Under the pieces are notes generated by a model, which saw only the letters and a list, made by a program, of their open reading frames with translations, was not told the origin of the DNA and did not search any database. DNA of 34,827 bases. It comes from a bacterium (lineage in GTDB: Bacteria; Zhuqueibacterota; Zhuqueibacteria; Oceanimicrobiales; Oceanimicrobiaceae). The stretch covers positions 1 to 34,827 of the forward strand of contig JBHHYI010000027.1 in NCBI GenBank assembly GCA_046757525.1, given 5' to 3'. Shown here in pieces: positions 8,812 to 17,025 of the stretch; the first letter of the stretch is position 1; every line of letters starts with the position of its first letter. The position numbers and the translations under genes are program-made.

Positions 8812-10062
8812 ATGCCTCAAGTTTATAATTGGCAGCTCGGTCGCGATATGCAATACCCACACGAAGCGGCCTTTCCCAAACGTCAGTTTGCCTTTGTTTT
8901 TAACATCAATCGCTGCATTGCCTGCCAGACTTGCACCATGGCGTGTAAATCGACCTGGACCTTCAGCAAGGGTCAGGAACAGATGTGGTGGGCCAATGTG
9001 GAAACCAAGCCTTACGGCGGCTATCCGCAGTTCTGGGATATGAGAATTCTCAGACTGTTAGAAGAGGCCAATCCCGGCAAGCAGGTCTGGTCGAAGAACA
9101 GTGGCAAGAACCGATTTGACGGCCAAACCATTTTTGAGGCAGCGAAAAGGAAGCTCACACCGGACAGCTCCAGGGTGTTGGGGTTCTTACCTGAAGACCA
9201 CGAATGGAACTCGCCCAATATTTACGAAGACAATCCCAAAGGCAAAAAAGGCAAAAAATATCAGTATGACAAAGAGGGCGTGGAGCTGCCCGTGCACAAA
9301 ACCTGGTTTTTCTATCTGGCCAGAATTTGCAACCACTGTACCTATCCGGCCTGTTTGGCCGCCTGTCCACGCAACGCCATCTACAAGCGGCCTGAGGACG
9401 GCATCGTTCTAATCGATCAGAAAGAATGCCGTGGCTACCGCAAGTGTGTGGAGGCCTGTCCGTACAAAAAAGCCATGTACCGCGGCAACACCCGGATAAG
9501 CGAGAAATGCATTGCCTGCTATCCCCGCGTCGAGGGCAGCGATCCCGAGTCTAACGGCAAGCCCATGGAGACCCGCTGCATGGCCTCCTGCATCGGTCAG
9601 ATACGCTTGCAAGGTCTGGTGCAGATGACCAAAGAAGGCACCTGGGCTGAGGACCGCTACAACCCGATCTATTATCTGGTGCATGTGGCCAAGGTGGCCT
9701 TGCCGCTCTATCCGCAATTAGGAACCGCCCCAAATGGCTACTACATTCCGCCGCGCTGGGTGCCGCACAACTATTTGCGCCAGATGTTTGGCCCGGGGGT
9801 CGATGGAGCGATTGAACGGTACACGAATCCCGAGCGCGAACTCTTAGCCGTCCTGCAGTTGTATCGCCGATCGAATCTCATCATCTATAAGTACAAATTT
9901 GAAGAAGGCCCAAAAGTTTACGAAGGTACTTTGCGTGGAAAGAAAGTGACCGTTTATAACGACACCATAATTGCCTACGGCAAAGACAATGAAGAGCTTT
10001 TTCGCACAACCGTTGACGAGCCTATTTTCGAAAGACCGGAAAAGCACCCCAATTCGATCTAA
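8812..10062 (+). CDS. nxrB: Nitrite oxidoreductase/nitrate reductase beta (Fe-S) subunit
   Basis: GAGGAG RBS; MPQVYNWQLGR start; Fe-S motifs CIACQTCTMAC, CNHCTYPACLAAC, CRGYRKCVEAC, CIACYP...CMASC; no signal peptide, consistent with Tat co-export. Confidence 0.9.
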   Translation: MPQVYNWQLGRDMQYPHEAAFPKRQFAFVFNINRCIACQTCTMACKSTWTFSKGQEQMWWANVETKPYGGYPQFWDMRILRLLEEANPGKQVWSKNSGKNRFDGQTIFEAAKRKLTPDSSRVLGFLPEDHEWNSPNIYEDNPKGKKGKKYQYDKEGVELPVHKTWFFYLARICNHCTYPACLAACPRNAIYKRPEDGIVLIDQKECRGYRKCVEACPYKKAMYRGNTRISEKCIACYPRVEGSDPESNGKPMETRCMASCIGQIRLQGLVQMTKEGTWAEDRYNPIYYLVHVAKVALPLYPQLGTAPNGYYIPPRWVPHNYLRQMFGPGVDGAIERYTNPERELLAVLQLYRRSNLIIYKYKFEEGPKVYEGTLRGKKVTVYNDTIIAYGKDNEELFRTTVDEPIFERPEKHPNSI

Positions 10063-10073
10063 AGGTTGACGTA

Positions 10074-10874
10074 ATGAAAAACGGAAAGACCCAAATGAAT
10101 GAATCAGATTTTGCCCTGTGTCGAAGTGGCTTTTACGAAGCGCTGGCATTAGGGTTTGCACCGCCCAACCAGGAAACATTCGATCGTATGCTAACTGAGC
10201 AGCAAAATCAGGCTTTGGCTGAGATAGCCGCCGTTTTGGATGAAAGAAGCTCACGGAGAATCGCAAAGAGTTTGTCACTTCGAGTGCGCGAGTTGTTGCA
10301 ATGTGCAGATGTCCAGACGACCGAGGCTTTGGCGTGCTCTTATCGCTTCTTGTTCGGGCACATAGCGCACGCCAGGGTGCCGCCCTATGAAACCGAGTAT
10401 GGTGAAGAAACCGTGTTTCAGCAACCGCACCAATTGGGAGACATCGCGGGATTTTGCCGTGCTTTTGGCCTGGTCTTGAATTCACACGGACATGAACGTG
10501 TGGATCACATAAGCTGTGAGTGCGAATTCCTTGCTTTTCTGACTCGAAAAGAAGCTTTTGCCCGGGAGCACAACGACACCGTGATGTTGCAAGAAACGCG
10601 CAAGGCTCAAAAGCTGTTTCTCAGAGACCACCTGGCACGCTTCACGCCTTCTTTTGCCAATCTGCTGGTCAAGGAGGATCCGGAAGGCTTTTACGGGGCA
10701 TTGGGAAGCCTGAGTTACGAATTCATACTGCTGGAATGTTCCCGTTTTGGTGTAACAGCAGCACCGGAGCAGCTCCGGCTTCGTCCTACCTCCGTAATGG
10801 ATGCTTGCCTCACTTGCGGCTCGGGCGAGGAGATTATTCGAGATTTGACTGCTGCGAATTCCGAACTGAAATAA
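10074..10874 (+). CDS. TorD/DmsD-family molybdoenzyme maturation chaperone
   Basis: PPYETEY and ERVDHISCECEFL motifs, FLRDHL; position after the beta subunit. Confidence 0.88.
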   Translation: MKNGKTQMNESDFALCRSGFYEALALGFAPPNQETFDRMLTEQQNQALAEIAAVLDERSSRRIAKSLSLRVRELLQCADVQTTEALACSYRFLFGHIAHARVPPYETEYGEETVFQQPHQLGDIAGFCRAFGLVLNSHGHERVDHISCECEFLAFLTRKEAFAREHNDTVMLQETRKAQKLFLRDHLARFTPSFANLLVKEDPEGFYGALGSLSYEFILLECSRFGVTAAPEQLRLRPTSVMDACLTCGSGEEIIRDLTAANSELK

Positions 10875-10886
10875 GGAGTCATAGTG

Positions 10887-11078
10887 ATGAGAACCGTTCT
10901 ATTCACCGCGATTGTTGTCCTATTCCTGACCCTGGATTGGGCGGCGTTACACGATATTGTAAAAGGCGAGCCCAATTTGTTTGCCGAATATGGCATGCTC
11001 ACAGTGAGCCTTGTCGTATTTGCCGCGCTAATTTTCAATAGTCTAAGAAAAAAATCAAGAAACTCAAACCCGGCTTGA
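10887..11078 (+). CDS. Small two-helix membrane protein
   Basis: AAGGAG RBS; two hydrophobic segments around LDWAALHDIVKGEPN; basic C-terminus. Confidence 0.7.
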   Translation: MRTVLFTAIVVLFLTLDWAALHDIVKGEPNLFAEYGMLTVSLVVFAALIFNSLRKKSRNSNPA

Positions 11079-11137
11079 ACAGTAGCCAGCTCATGGTCTT
11101 GAAAACGTTCTCTGGCCCGGTAAAACGAGAGGCCCTG

Positions 11138-12076
11138 ATGGAAGAAGCCCCTTACCGCATAGAATATCAGCCGCAGCTTGTAGAGGAAAGCGTTTTGCGG
11201 GCCATCGCTGGCCATTCGGATGAGCGTCTTTTCAGAAAAGAAAGAAATCGACTCTACGAGTTGGAGGACGCCGAAGCCCGGGAAGCAGCCTTTCATGATC
11301 TCCACACGCGTTGGTTCAAGCGTCTCGGTTTAGGCAGAACCTTCCAGCAAGCATTAGAGTACTGGCCGATCCTGCAAACTTCAACGCACAAATGTCTGTT
11401 GGTGCCAGCGCGTTCGAAGAAAGACGTTTGCGCTGAAATGTATGTTGCGCCTAAAAACTCCGCTCTTGCCGAACGCCAACGACGCTCCGTAGTTATTCAG
11501 GTGACGACTGAACTCTTGTGTCGGCCGCAACAACTGCTGAGCTTTCTCAGGCACGAACTCTTACATATTGTGGATATGTTAGACCCGGATTTTGGCTATG
11601 AGCCGAACTTGCCAGAGTCAGAGATAGGGCCAACCTATGACCGGTTTCTCCAAGAACGGTATCGCGTTTTGTGGGACATCACCATCGATGGACGCTTGCA
11701 CCAAAAGGGCTGGTTGCCTGACTCGGTACGGGAACAGCATTGGGCAGTTTTCCGGAATACTTTTCCAGGACCCACGGAGGGTCTGGAACCTGTTTTTAGC
11801 TTCTTTTTTGATGGGCTGGTGCCTACCCACCAGGAGTTGCTTTCTTTTTGCCGCGCGCCGGAATCCTGGCTTGAAGAGGCTGACACTGCTTTTAACCCTA
11901 AGGGCCGTTGCTCGCTATGTCGCTTTCCTTCACACCAGCTCATCGACGCTCCAGCCATCCTCGTCCCCGGCTTAATCGACAAGATTCAAAAAGCGCATCC
12001 CCAATGGCGGCCCACCCAGCCAATCTGCCGGCAGTGTGCTGATTTGTATGAGTTGCGTCTGGACACGTACGTGTGA
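11138..12076 (+). CDS. Hypothetical protein with HExxH motif and C-terminal two CxxC
   Basis: ATG 11138 after GAGAGG; LRHELLH; CSLC...CRQC; last gene of the contiguous cluster. Confidence 0.75.
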   Translation: MEEAPYRIEYQPQLVEESVLRAIAGHSDERLFRKERNRLYELEDAEAREAAFHDLHTRWFKRLGLGRTFQQALEYWPILQTSTHKCLLVPARSKKDVCAEMYVAPKNSALAERQRRSVVIQVTTELLCRPQQLLSFLRHELLHIVDMLDPDFGYEPNLPESEIGPTYDRFLQERYRVLWDITIDGRLHQKGWLPDSVREQHWAVFRNTFPGPTEGLEPVFSFFFDGLVPTHQELLSFCRAPESWLEEADTAFNPKGRCSLCRFPSHQLIDAPAILVPGLIDKIQKAHPQWRPTQPICRQCADLYELRLDTYV

Positions 12077-12287
12077 TCACTGTACCTGACCTGGTCTCCG
12101 CTCCGTGTTGCCGACCTTTGTTTTGGTTGCATTCCAGTTGAGAAATTCTTACATTTGCTTTAAATTCAGGCGGGCATGAGACGCCACGTGCTACTTTGTA
12201 ACGCAAACGTCTCGTTTGCGCCAGCGGTTTCTTACCCATGAAACAACCGGTGGGTTATTAATCATGCTTGCGCGAAGAAATTCTCTT

Positions 12288-12641
12288 TTAGGAAACGCTC
12301 CTCCGGCGTGGAATGACAGTTCTTTTTCTTTGAGCAGAGAAATAGTCGTCCTGAGTAGTCCCGACCGTTTTTTGGTCGGGACGTATCGAAGGGCGACGGC
12401 CGTCACCCCTCGATACGGTCACCTGAACAGCGGTGACCTACTCGGGATGACTCACACAGTGTTCTCTGGAAACGCTTGGCTGTCGCTGTCCTTTACTGCA
12501 GCCCCCGGTTGTCATTCTGGAGGAATCTTGTTGGCTGGCTGCACAGTGCGGGGCTGTAACAAGATGCCTCCTGCATGACAGGACTGCCTTTGGCGTTTCC
12601 GACATTTAAAGCAATCCGTTTGCACCGGATTGCGAGGGCTT
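12288..12641. repeat. Multi-hairpin intergenic repeat element, copy 1 (REP/BIME-like mosaic)
   Basis: Colinear with the reverse complement of 34192-34570; 12407-12452 is the exact reverse complement of 34383-34428; several internal palindromes. Confidence 0.9.
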
Positions 12642-12655
12642 TTGAGGACCCAGCG

Positions 12656-13057
12656 ATGATTTGCGTTAGACGGGTTTACTCGGCGCCGGAGCCCGACGAG
12701 GGCGCACGCTTTCTGGTGGATCGCCTCTGGCCACGTGGCTTAAAGAAAGAGGCACTGCAACTCGACGGCTGGGTAAGAGAAGCCGCGCCCAGCAACGCTT
12801 TGCGAAAATGGTTCCGCCATGACCCGCACAAGTGGCTTGAGTTCCAGCAACGTTACTTCGCTGAACTGGATGCCCATCCAGAGGTCTGGCGGCCCCTAAT
12901 TGAGGCGGCACAAAAAGGCAACCTTACCCTGCTTTATAGTGCCAAAGACGTGCAACACAATAATGCCGTGGCTTTGAAAAGCTATCTTGAAGAGAGACTC
13001 AAGAGAAGCTCGAGAGGCACGCAATTTTATCAGCAAAAGGACACCCATGAAGACTGA
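12656..13057 (+). CDS. DUF488 (YeaO-like) family protein
   Basis: RVY...DEGARFLVDRLWPRGLKK, APSNALRKWF, TLLYSAKDVQHNNAVAL; ATG 12656 after GAGGA. Confidence 0.9.
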   Translation: MICVRRVYSAPEPDEGARFLVDRLWPRGLKKEALQLDGWVREAAPSNALRKWFRHDPHKWLEFQQRYFAELDAHPEVWRPLIEAAQKGNLTLLYSAKDVQHNNAVALKSYLEERLKRSSRGTQFYQQKDTHED

Positions 13058-13403
13058 AACAAAGCCCGATGAAGTTCCCACCCGAACCACTCGCTTAATC
13101 GACCTGATTGACTATCAGGAGGGTTCGGTTGTAAGCAAGACTCTGATTAAGAAAAAGACCGGCACCATTACTCTGTTTGCGTTTGATGAGGGCGAAGGAC
13201 TGAGCGAACACACGGCGCCGCATGAAGCGTTCGTCTTCCTAATAGATGGAGCTGCGGATATCACGATTTCTGGGACAGTCTTTCGCCTGCAGGCAGGGGA
13301 ATCGATTATCATGCCCGCGCATCAACCCCATGCCGTAAAAGCCGGGAAGAAATTCAAAATGCTGCTAACCATGATACGCGATGACCCGCAGGAAGGCGGA
13401 TAG
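13047..13403 (+). CDS. Cupin domain protein
   Basis: SVVSKTL...TLFAFDEGEGLSEHTAP...MPAHQPHAVKA; start overlaps the DUF488 end. Confidence 0.9.
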   Translation: MKTETKPDEVPTRTTRLIDLIDYQEGSVVSKTLIKKKTGTITLFAFDEGEGLSEHTAPHEAFVFLIDGAADITISGTVFRLQAGESIIMPAHQPHAVKAGKKFKMLLTMIRDDPQEGG

Positions 13404-13622
13404 GTGAGCTCTTGTGTTTGCCAGTTTGGACACCCCCTTCAGATTGCTGCGAGAATGTTTAATCCAAATACACGCTCTGTGACCGTGCCTCCTCGCCCGC
13501 TTTCTGCCTCGATTGACAGGATTCAGAAAGAACAGTTCAATGATAGCCTGCTCCATCTGCTGGCGGCGTGCTGATTGCTAAAAATGCCAGGCAAAACTTC
13601 GCAGGCAACCCGAGTGCTTATC

Positions 13623-14486
13623 CTAAAGGAACGTGTAGGTGAATCCGATGGCCAGCACCTGTTTAATCTGTCGTTTGGAGGACAAGTCTCTGTCGTAAAA
13701 AAGGTCTACGTTGAAACTCACGTTGATCAGTTTGGTCACCTTCATGGCAAGATTGTTTTCCCAGAGAACGTCAATTCTGTTGAAGGCTTCCAGGTCTGAG
13801 AACATATCCAACTTTGACGTGTAAAGAATATTCTCGTGCAATTTCTGTTGGAAATTGGTCACCGAGGAAATGCCGGGTTCGGTCTTGGTTTTTTCGATCT
13901 TGGCCGTGTTTGGGTCGTCTGCATAGGGCGCAGGAAAGTCGTTTGTCACGGTTTCCTTGACGGTGGCGCCTAACCGCGTTTTGAACACGTCGCCGCGTGC
14001 ATAGCCGAAACCAATGCTTTGGGTGAAATAACCGGGATCCAAGAACTTCGAAACCTGGGTTTTGTTATCGCCATCGTATTGAAATCCTGCGGCAAACTGA
14101 GTCACCACAGTGCCTGCGAAAAAAGGATTGACAAGCCAGCCAACATTTCGGGTGTAAACGCTCTCCAATCTTATCTCATCGGACGATTTTCGGGCCTCTT
14201 TGTCACCAACCTTAGCCAGGCCAAAGGTGAATTTGGCCTCATTGGCCCAGACGTAGGTTTTTTCTTTGTGAACAAAACGCGTGTTTAAATTGATTTGCCA
14301 GGCGAAGGTATTTTCACCCCCCTGGGTCCAATTTTCGAAGCTTGCCTGAGTAAGGTTTAAAGTGCTGACGATTTGATTTTTCCAGCCGTACTTCGGGGCC
14401 TTCTGGGCTTCTTCCTGAGCAAAGATTGGGTAATGGTTAAGCACGAGCAACTGAACCAGAATGACAAGAGTCATTAATCCCTTCAT
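13623..14486 (-). CDS. DUF3078-like outer-membrane beta-barrel protein
   Basis: GAGGAGG RBS before ATG 14486; signal peptide; NLTQASFENWTQGGEN, RKSSDEI; C-terminal GFTYTFL. Confidence 0.8.
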   Translation of the reverse strand: MKGLMTLVILVQLLVLNHYPIFAQEEAQKAPKYGWKNQIVSTLNLTQASFENWTQGGENTFAWQINLNTRFVHKEKTYVWANEAKFTFGLAKVGDKEARKSSDEIRLESVYTRNVGWLVNPFFAGTVVTQFAAGFQYDGDNKTQVSKFLDPGYFTQSIGFGYARGDVFKTRLGATVKETVTNDFPAPYADDPNTAKIEKTKTEPGISSVTNFQQKLHENILYTSKLDMFSDLEAFNRIDVLWENNLAMKVTKLINVSFNVDLFYDRDLSSKRQIKQVLAIGFTYTFL

Positions 14487-14732
14487 AAAAAATCCTCCTC
14501 TACGGTTTTGGGGAGCGGTGGTGAAAAAATGATTTGTTTGAAATGTTGCCACGAGGGTTGACAGCCAAAAAGTGGCAAAACCAAATTCTTGCACTCCCCC
14601 TCTTCAAGAATCAAGCCCATAAAACAATGACTTGCGCGATCCCCGGTGCGATGATTTACGATCACACGGCACTTTTCGGTCAGTCACTAAACAAGGGGAA
14701 GGAAATACAGGGCTTTAAAATATGACAACTGA

Positions 14733-15023
14733 TTAGCCATCATCGTCGCCTTTTACCAGAGCATGTACCAAACCCCGGACGCTGTAAATGAATAAAACAA
14801 AGAAAAAATAGGTCAGCGTAAAAGTTTCCGGAAGATGCTCTCGGTACAATGTAAGCCAGAAGCTGACGGCCAGAATGGCCCAAACTAACTGTCCTAAAAG
14901 GACTCGAATTTTGATATTCGGCATCCACTTCTTGAGAAATTCCGAATACCAACTGGTAAATAAATCTATTACCCAGATCACCAGCAGACTACCCAGCGTG
15001 ATCGTTAACAGTTTGGACCCCAT
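14733..15023 (-). CDS. Hypothetical three-helix membrane protein
   Basis: 96-aa ORF, GGAG RBS, three hydrophobic segments. Confidence 0.7.
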   Translation of the reverse strand: MGSKLLTITLGSLLVIWVIDLFTSWYSEFLKKWMPNIKIRVLLGQLVWAILAVSFWLTLYREHLPETFTLTYFFFVLFIYSVRGLVHALVKGDDDG

Positions 15024-15094
15024 GTTCTCTCCATTCTTTTCACTTGAATAAAAGAAGTAGTTAAGCTGATTTTAATAATTTTGCAAGAAGTCGC

Positions 15095-16096
15095 TCAACC
15101 CAGATAATACAGCACGGGGATGTTCATTGGCGTCAGGATGCCAGGTGAGGCCGTTAGCACCGCGGGAATCGCGTTTACCATGCGAGCGACCGTGGCCGTA
15201 TCCCCGAAAATTCCACCGGCAATTCTCAACTCGATGGGCGGATTCCCTTCGATATGGACGCAATCGCATGGGTTCTCGGCGCCTACAAACATTTGCAGTT
15301 CCAATTTGATGCGTTCTTGCCCCTCCTTAACGCCCTTCACAACATGCACGATGCCGGCGACTTGTCCGGGCAGCACCTGTAGATAGGGTGTCGTCACGAC
15401 GTTTTCTGCGATCTTTGGATCAATGCTTTCCTGGATGTCGTCCAGTCGCCAGCCCAGGGCATCCGCCACCGAAACCAGCGATTCGAGCAAGCCGATGTGT
15501 CCCAGCTTGCCGGCCTGCACCAGGTTCCTGAACTCGTCCGGCTGCAAGCCAGCCCCGATCTTTTTTTGCAGCGGCAGTCTTCGCTTGGAGGCGTCCACGA
15601 TTCTGGTAGATTCTATCTTGTTCACCTCCGCGCAGACGCCGGTCAAGGTAAGCGCGAGCACGTCCATCGAAAAGCCGGGATTGACGCCGGTGCCCATTAC
15701 AGCCACGCCGAATTCTTTGGCCAACGCGTCCAGCTCTTTGCTCAAATCTGGATGCCGGTAGTTGGGATAAAAAAGCTCCTCACAAGAAGAGACCACCGGC
15801 ACTTTGGCTTTGATACAGGTTTCCAGTTGGGTCGCTACATCCTTTAGAAAGGAGCCGGTTGAATGTAGCACAATGTCGGGCTGTGTGCGGGCCAGCAAGG
15901 AGGCCGCATCATCGGAGACCTCCGTCTCCAGGTTGCGCTCCAACCCCAACGCCGCGCCCAGATCCATGCCCACCTTGGCGGGATCGATGTCGATGCCGCC
16001 TACCAATTCTAATTCTCTTTTTTGACACACCAACTTCGCGGCAGCCAGGCCAATGGGGCCAAGGCCATACTGGACGACTGTAATCGGAGCATTCAT
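15095..16096 (-). CDS. NAD(P)-dependent dehydrogenase, dihydrodipicolinate-reductase-like / amine dehydrogenase (Ord-like) family
   Basis: YGLGPIG Rossmann motif; VVSSCEEL, GTGVNPGF, GGIFGDTAT. Confidence 0.8.
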   Translation of the reverse strand: MNAPITVVQYGLGPIGLAAAKLVCQKRELELVGGIDIDPAKVGMDLGAALGLERNLETEVSDDAASLLARTQPDIVLHSTGSFLKDVATQLETCIKAKVPVVSSCEELFYPNYRHPDLSKELDALAKEFGVAVMGTGVNPGFSMDVLALTLTGVCAEVNKIESTRIVDASKRRLPLQKKIGAGLQPDEFRNLVQAGKLGHIGLLESLVSVADALGWRLDDIQESIDPKIAENVVTTPYLQVLPGQVAGIVHVVKGVKEGQERIKLELQMFVGAENPCDCVHIEGNPPIELRIAGGIFGDTATVARMVNAIPAVLTASPGILTPMNIPVLYYLG

Positions 16097-16217
16097 CTTG
16101 TTTACACTTTCAATTTAGTGATTTCCAAACCTCGCTGGGAAAAGAATCCTTTATTTTGAAATAGTTTGCATTTTGGTCAAAAGAACGATCTCGCTGCACC
16201 GGTTTTGTGCCCGGTCC

Positions 16218-16700
16218 TTAATTGTGGCCCTGTGTCGAGCTTCTGGCTCTAACGATTTCATAGACGGCAATTCCAAACGCCACCGAAACATTCAGAGAGA
16301 CTTTGGCCCCATGCATCGGGATTTGAATGAGCTGGTCAGCTTTGCGAATGAGCTCGCTGGATACGCCATGGTACTCATGGCCTACCACCAAACACAGAGG
16401 AAATCGATATGGGACTTTATCGTAAGGAAGGCTGCTCGGCGTAGATTCCAGCACCACAATTTGGACGTTCTGGCTTTTTAACTGGTCAACCAGGTCGACG
16501 CTGTTGTCAAAATATTGCCACTCTATGGTCTCCTCAGCTCCTAATGCGACCTTGCGGATCTCTCGGTGTGGGGGTCTGCCGGTCAGGCCGGTCAGGAAGA
16601 TCTTGGAAACGCCAGCGCCGTCAGCGGTTCTGAAGATGGCACCGACATTGTATAGGCTACGAACGTTCTCAACCAGCACAAAAAGAGGCAATTTCGACAA
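16218..16700 (-). CDS. SpoU/TrmH-family RNA methyltransferase
   Basis: ENVRSLYNVGAIFRTAD, VVGHEYHGV, IPMHGAKVSLNVSVA SPOUT motifs; TTG start. Confidence 0.92.
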   Translation of the reverse strand: MSKLPLFVLVENVRSLYNVGAIFRTADGAGVSKIFLTGLTGRPPHREIRKVALGAEETIEWQYFDNSVDLVDQLKSQNVQIVVLESTPSSLPYDKVPYRFPLCLVVGHEYHGVSSELIRKADQLIQIPMHGAKVSLNVSVAFGIAVYEIVRARSSTQGHN

Positions 16701-16856
16701 CGCTAATTACTCGATTCTTGGTTTGAGGCGGATGTACTCATCTGTTAACAGTTTCGGGTCTGACAGCTCAGAGCGCGCGCATCAGTGGGCGCGGCCCGGG
16801 TATGCTTGCATCAATCTCTGTTCAGACGCAAGAATACACCATGCTGATTTACCTTA

Positions 16857-16885
16857 ATGTTAAGAAAAATTCAATAGGTTGTCAA
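16857..16885 (-). promoter_or_regulatory. Putative sigma70 promoter for the methyltransferase gene
   Basis: Minus strand TTGACA-17 nt-TAACAT. Confidence 0.55.
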
Positions 16886-17025
16886 GAGAAAAACTTGGCC
16901 GGCACGGGGTAACTTTGAAAGTCAGGTGGGGGTGGATTCAGCCAGGAGCATTTTCCAAGACCGTGAATCTCTGTAGCATTGGCATCTCCGGTCTTCGACC
17001 CCAAGGAGGAGGGCACGGCGTTGAG

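Noticed and set aside
12216..12655. 120-aa ORF at 12216-12578 and the upstream extension of DUF488
   Set aside because: Both lie in the palindromic repeat; the sequence is explained by hairpin structure and has no protein-like motifs
16735..16800. Hammerhead-like CTGATG...GAAAC on the minus strand
   Set aside because: Core reads CUGAUGC rather than CUGAUGA, and stems I and III cannot be formed convincingly
16707..16811. Minus-strand micro-ORF MQAYPGRAH-TGA-CARSELSD... as a possible selenoprotein
   Set aside because: No RBS, no recognisable selenoprotein motif, and the downstream hairpin is only a weak SECIS candidate
16890..17025. Possible 6S RNA or c-di-AMP riboswitch (GCTGAATCC on the minus strand)
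   Set aside because: The remaining conserved elements and long pairing are absent
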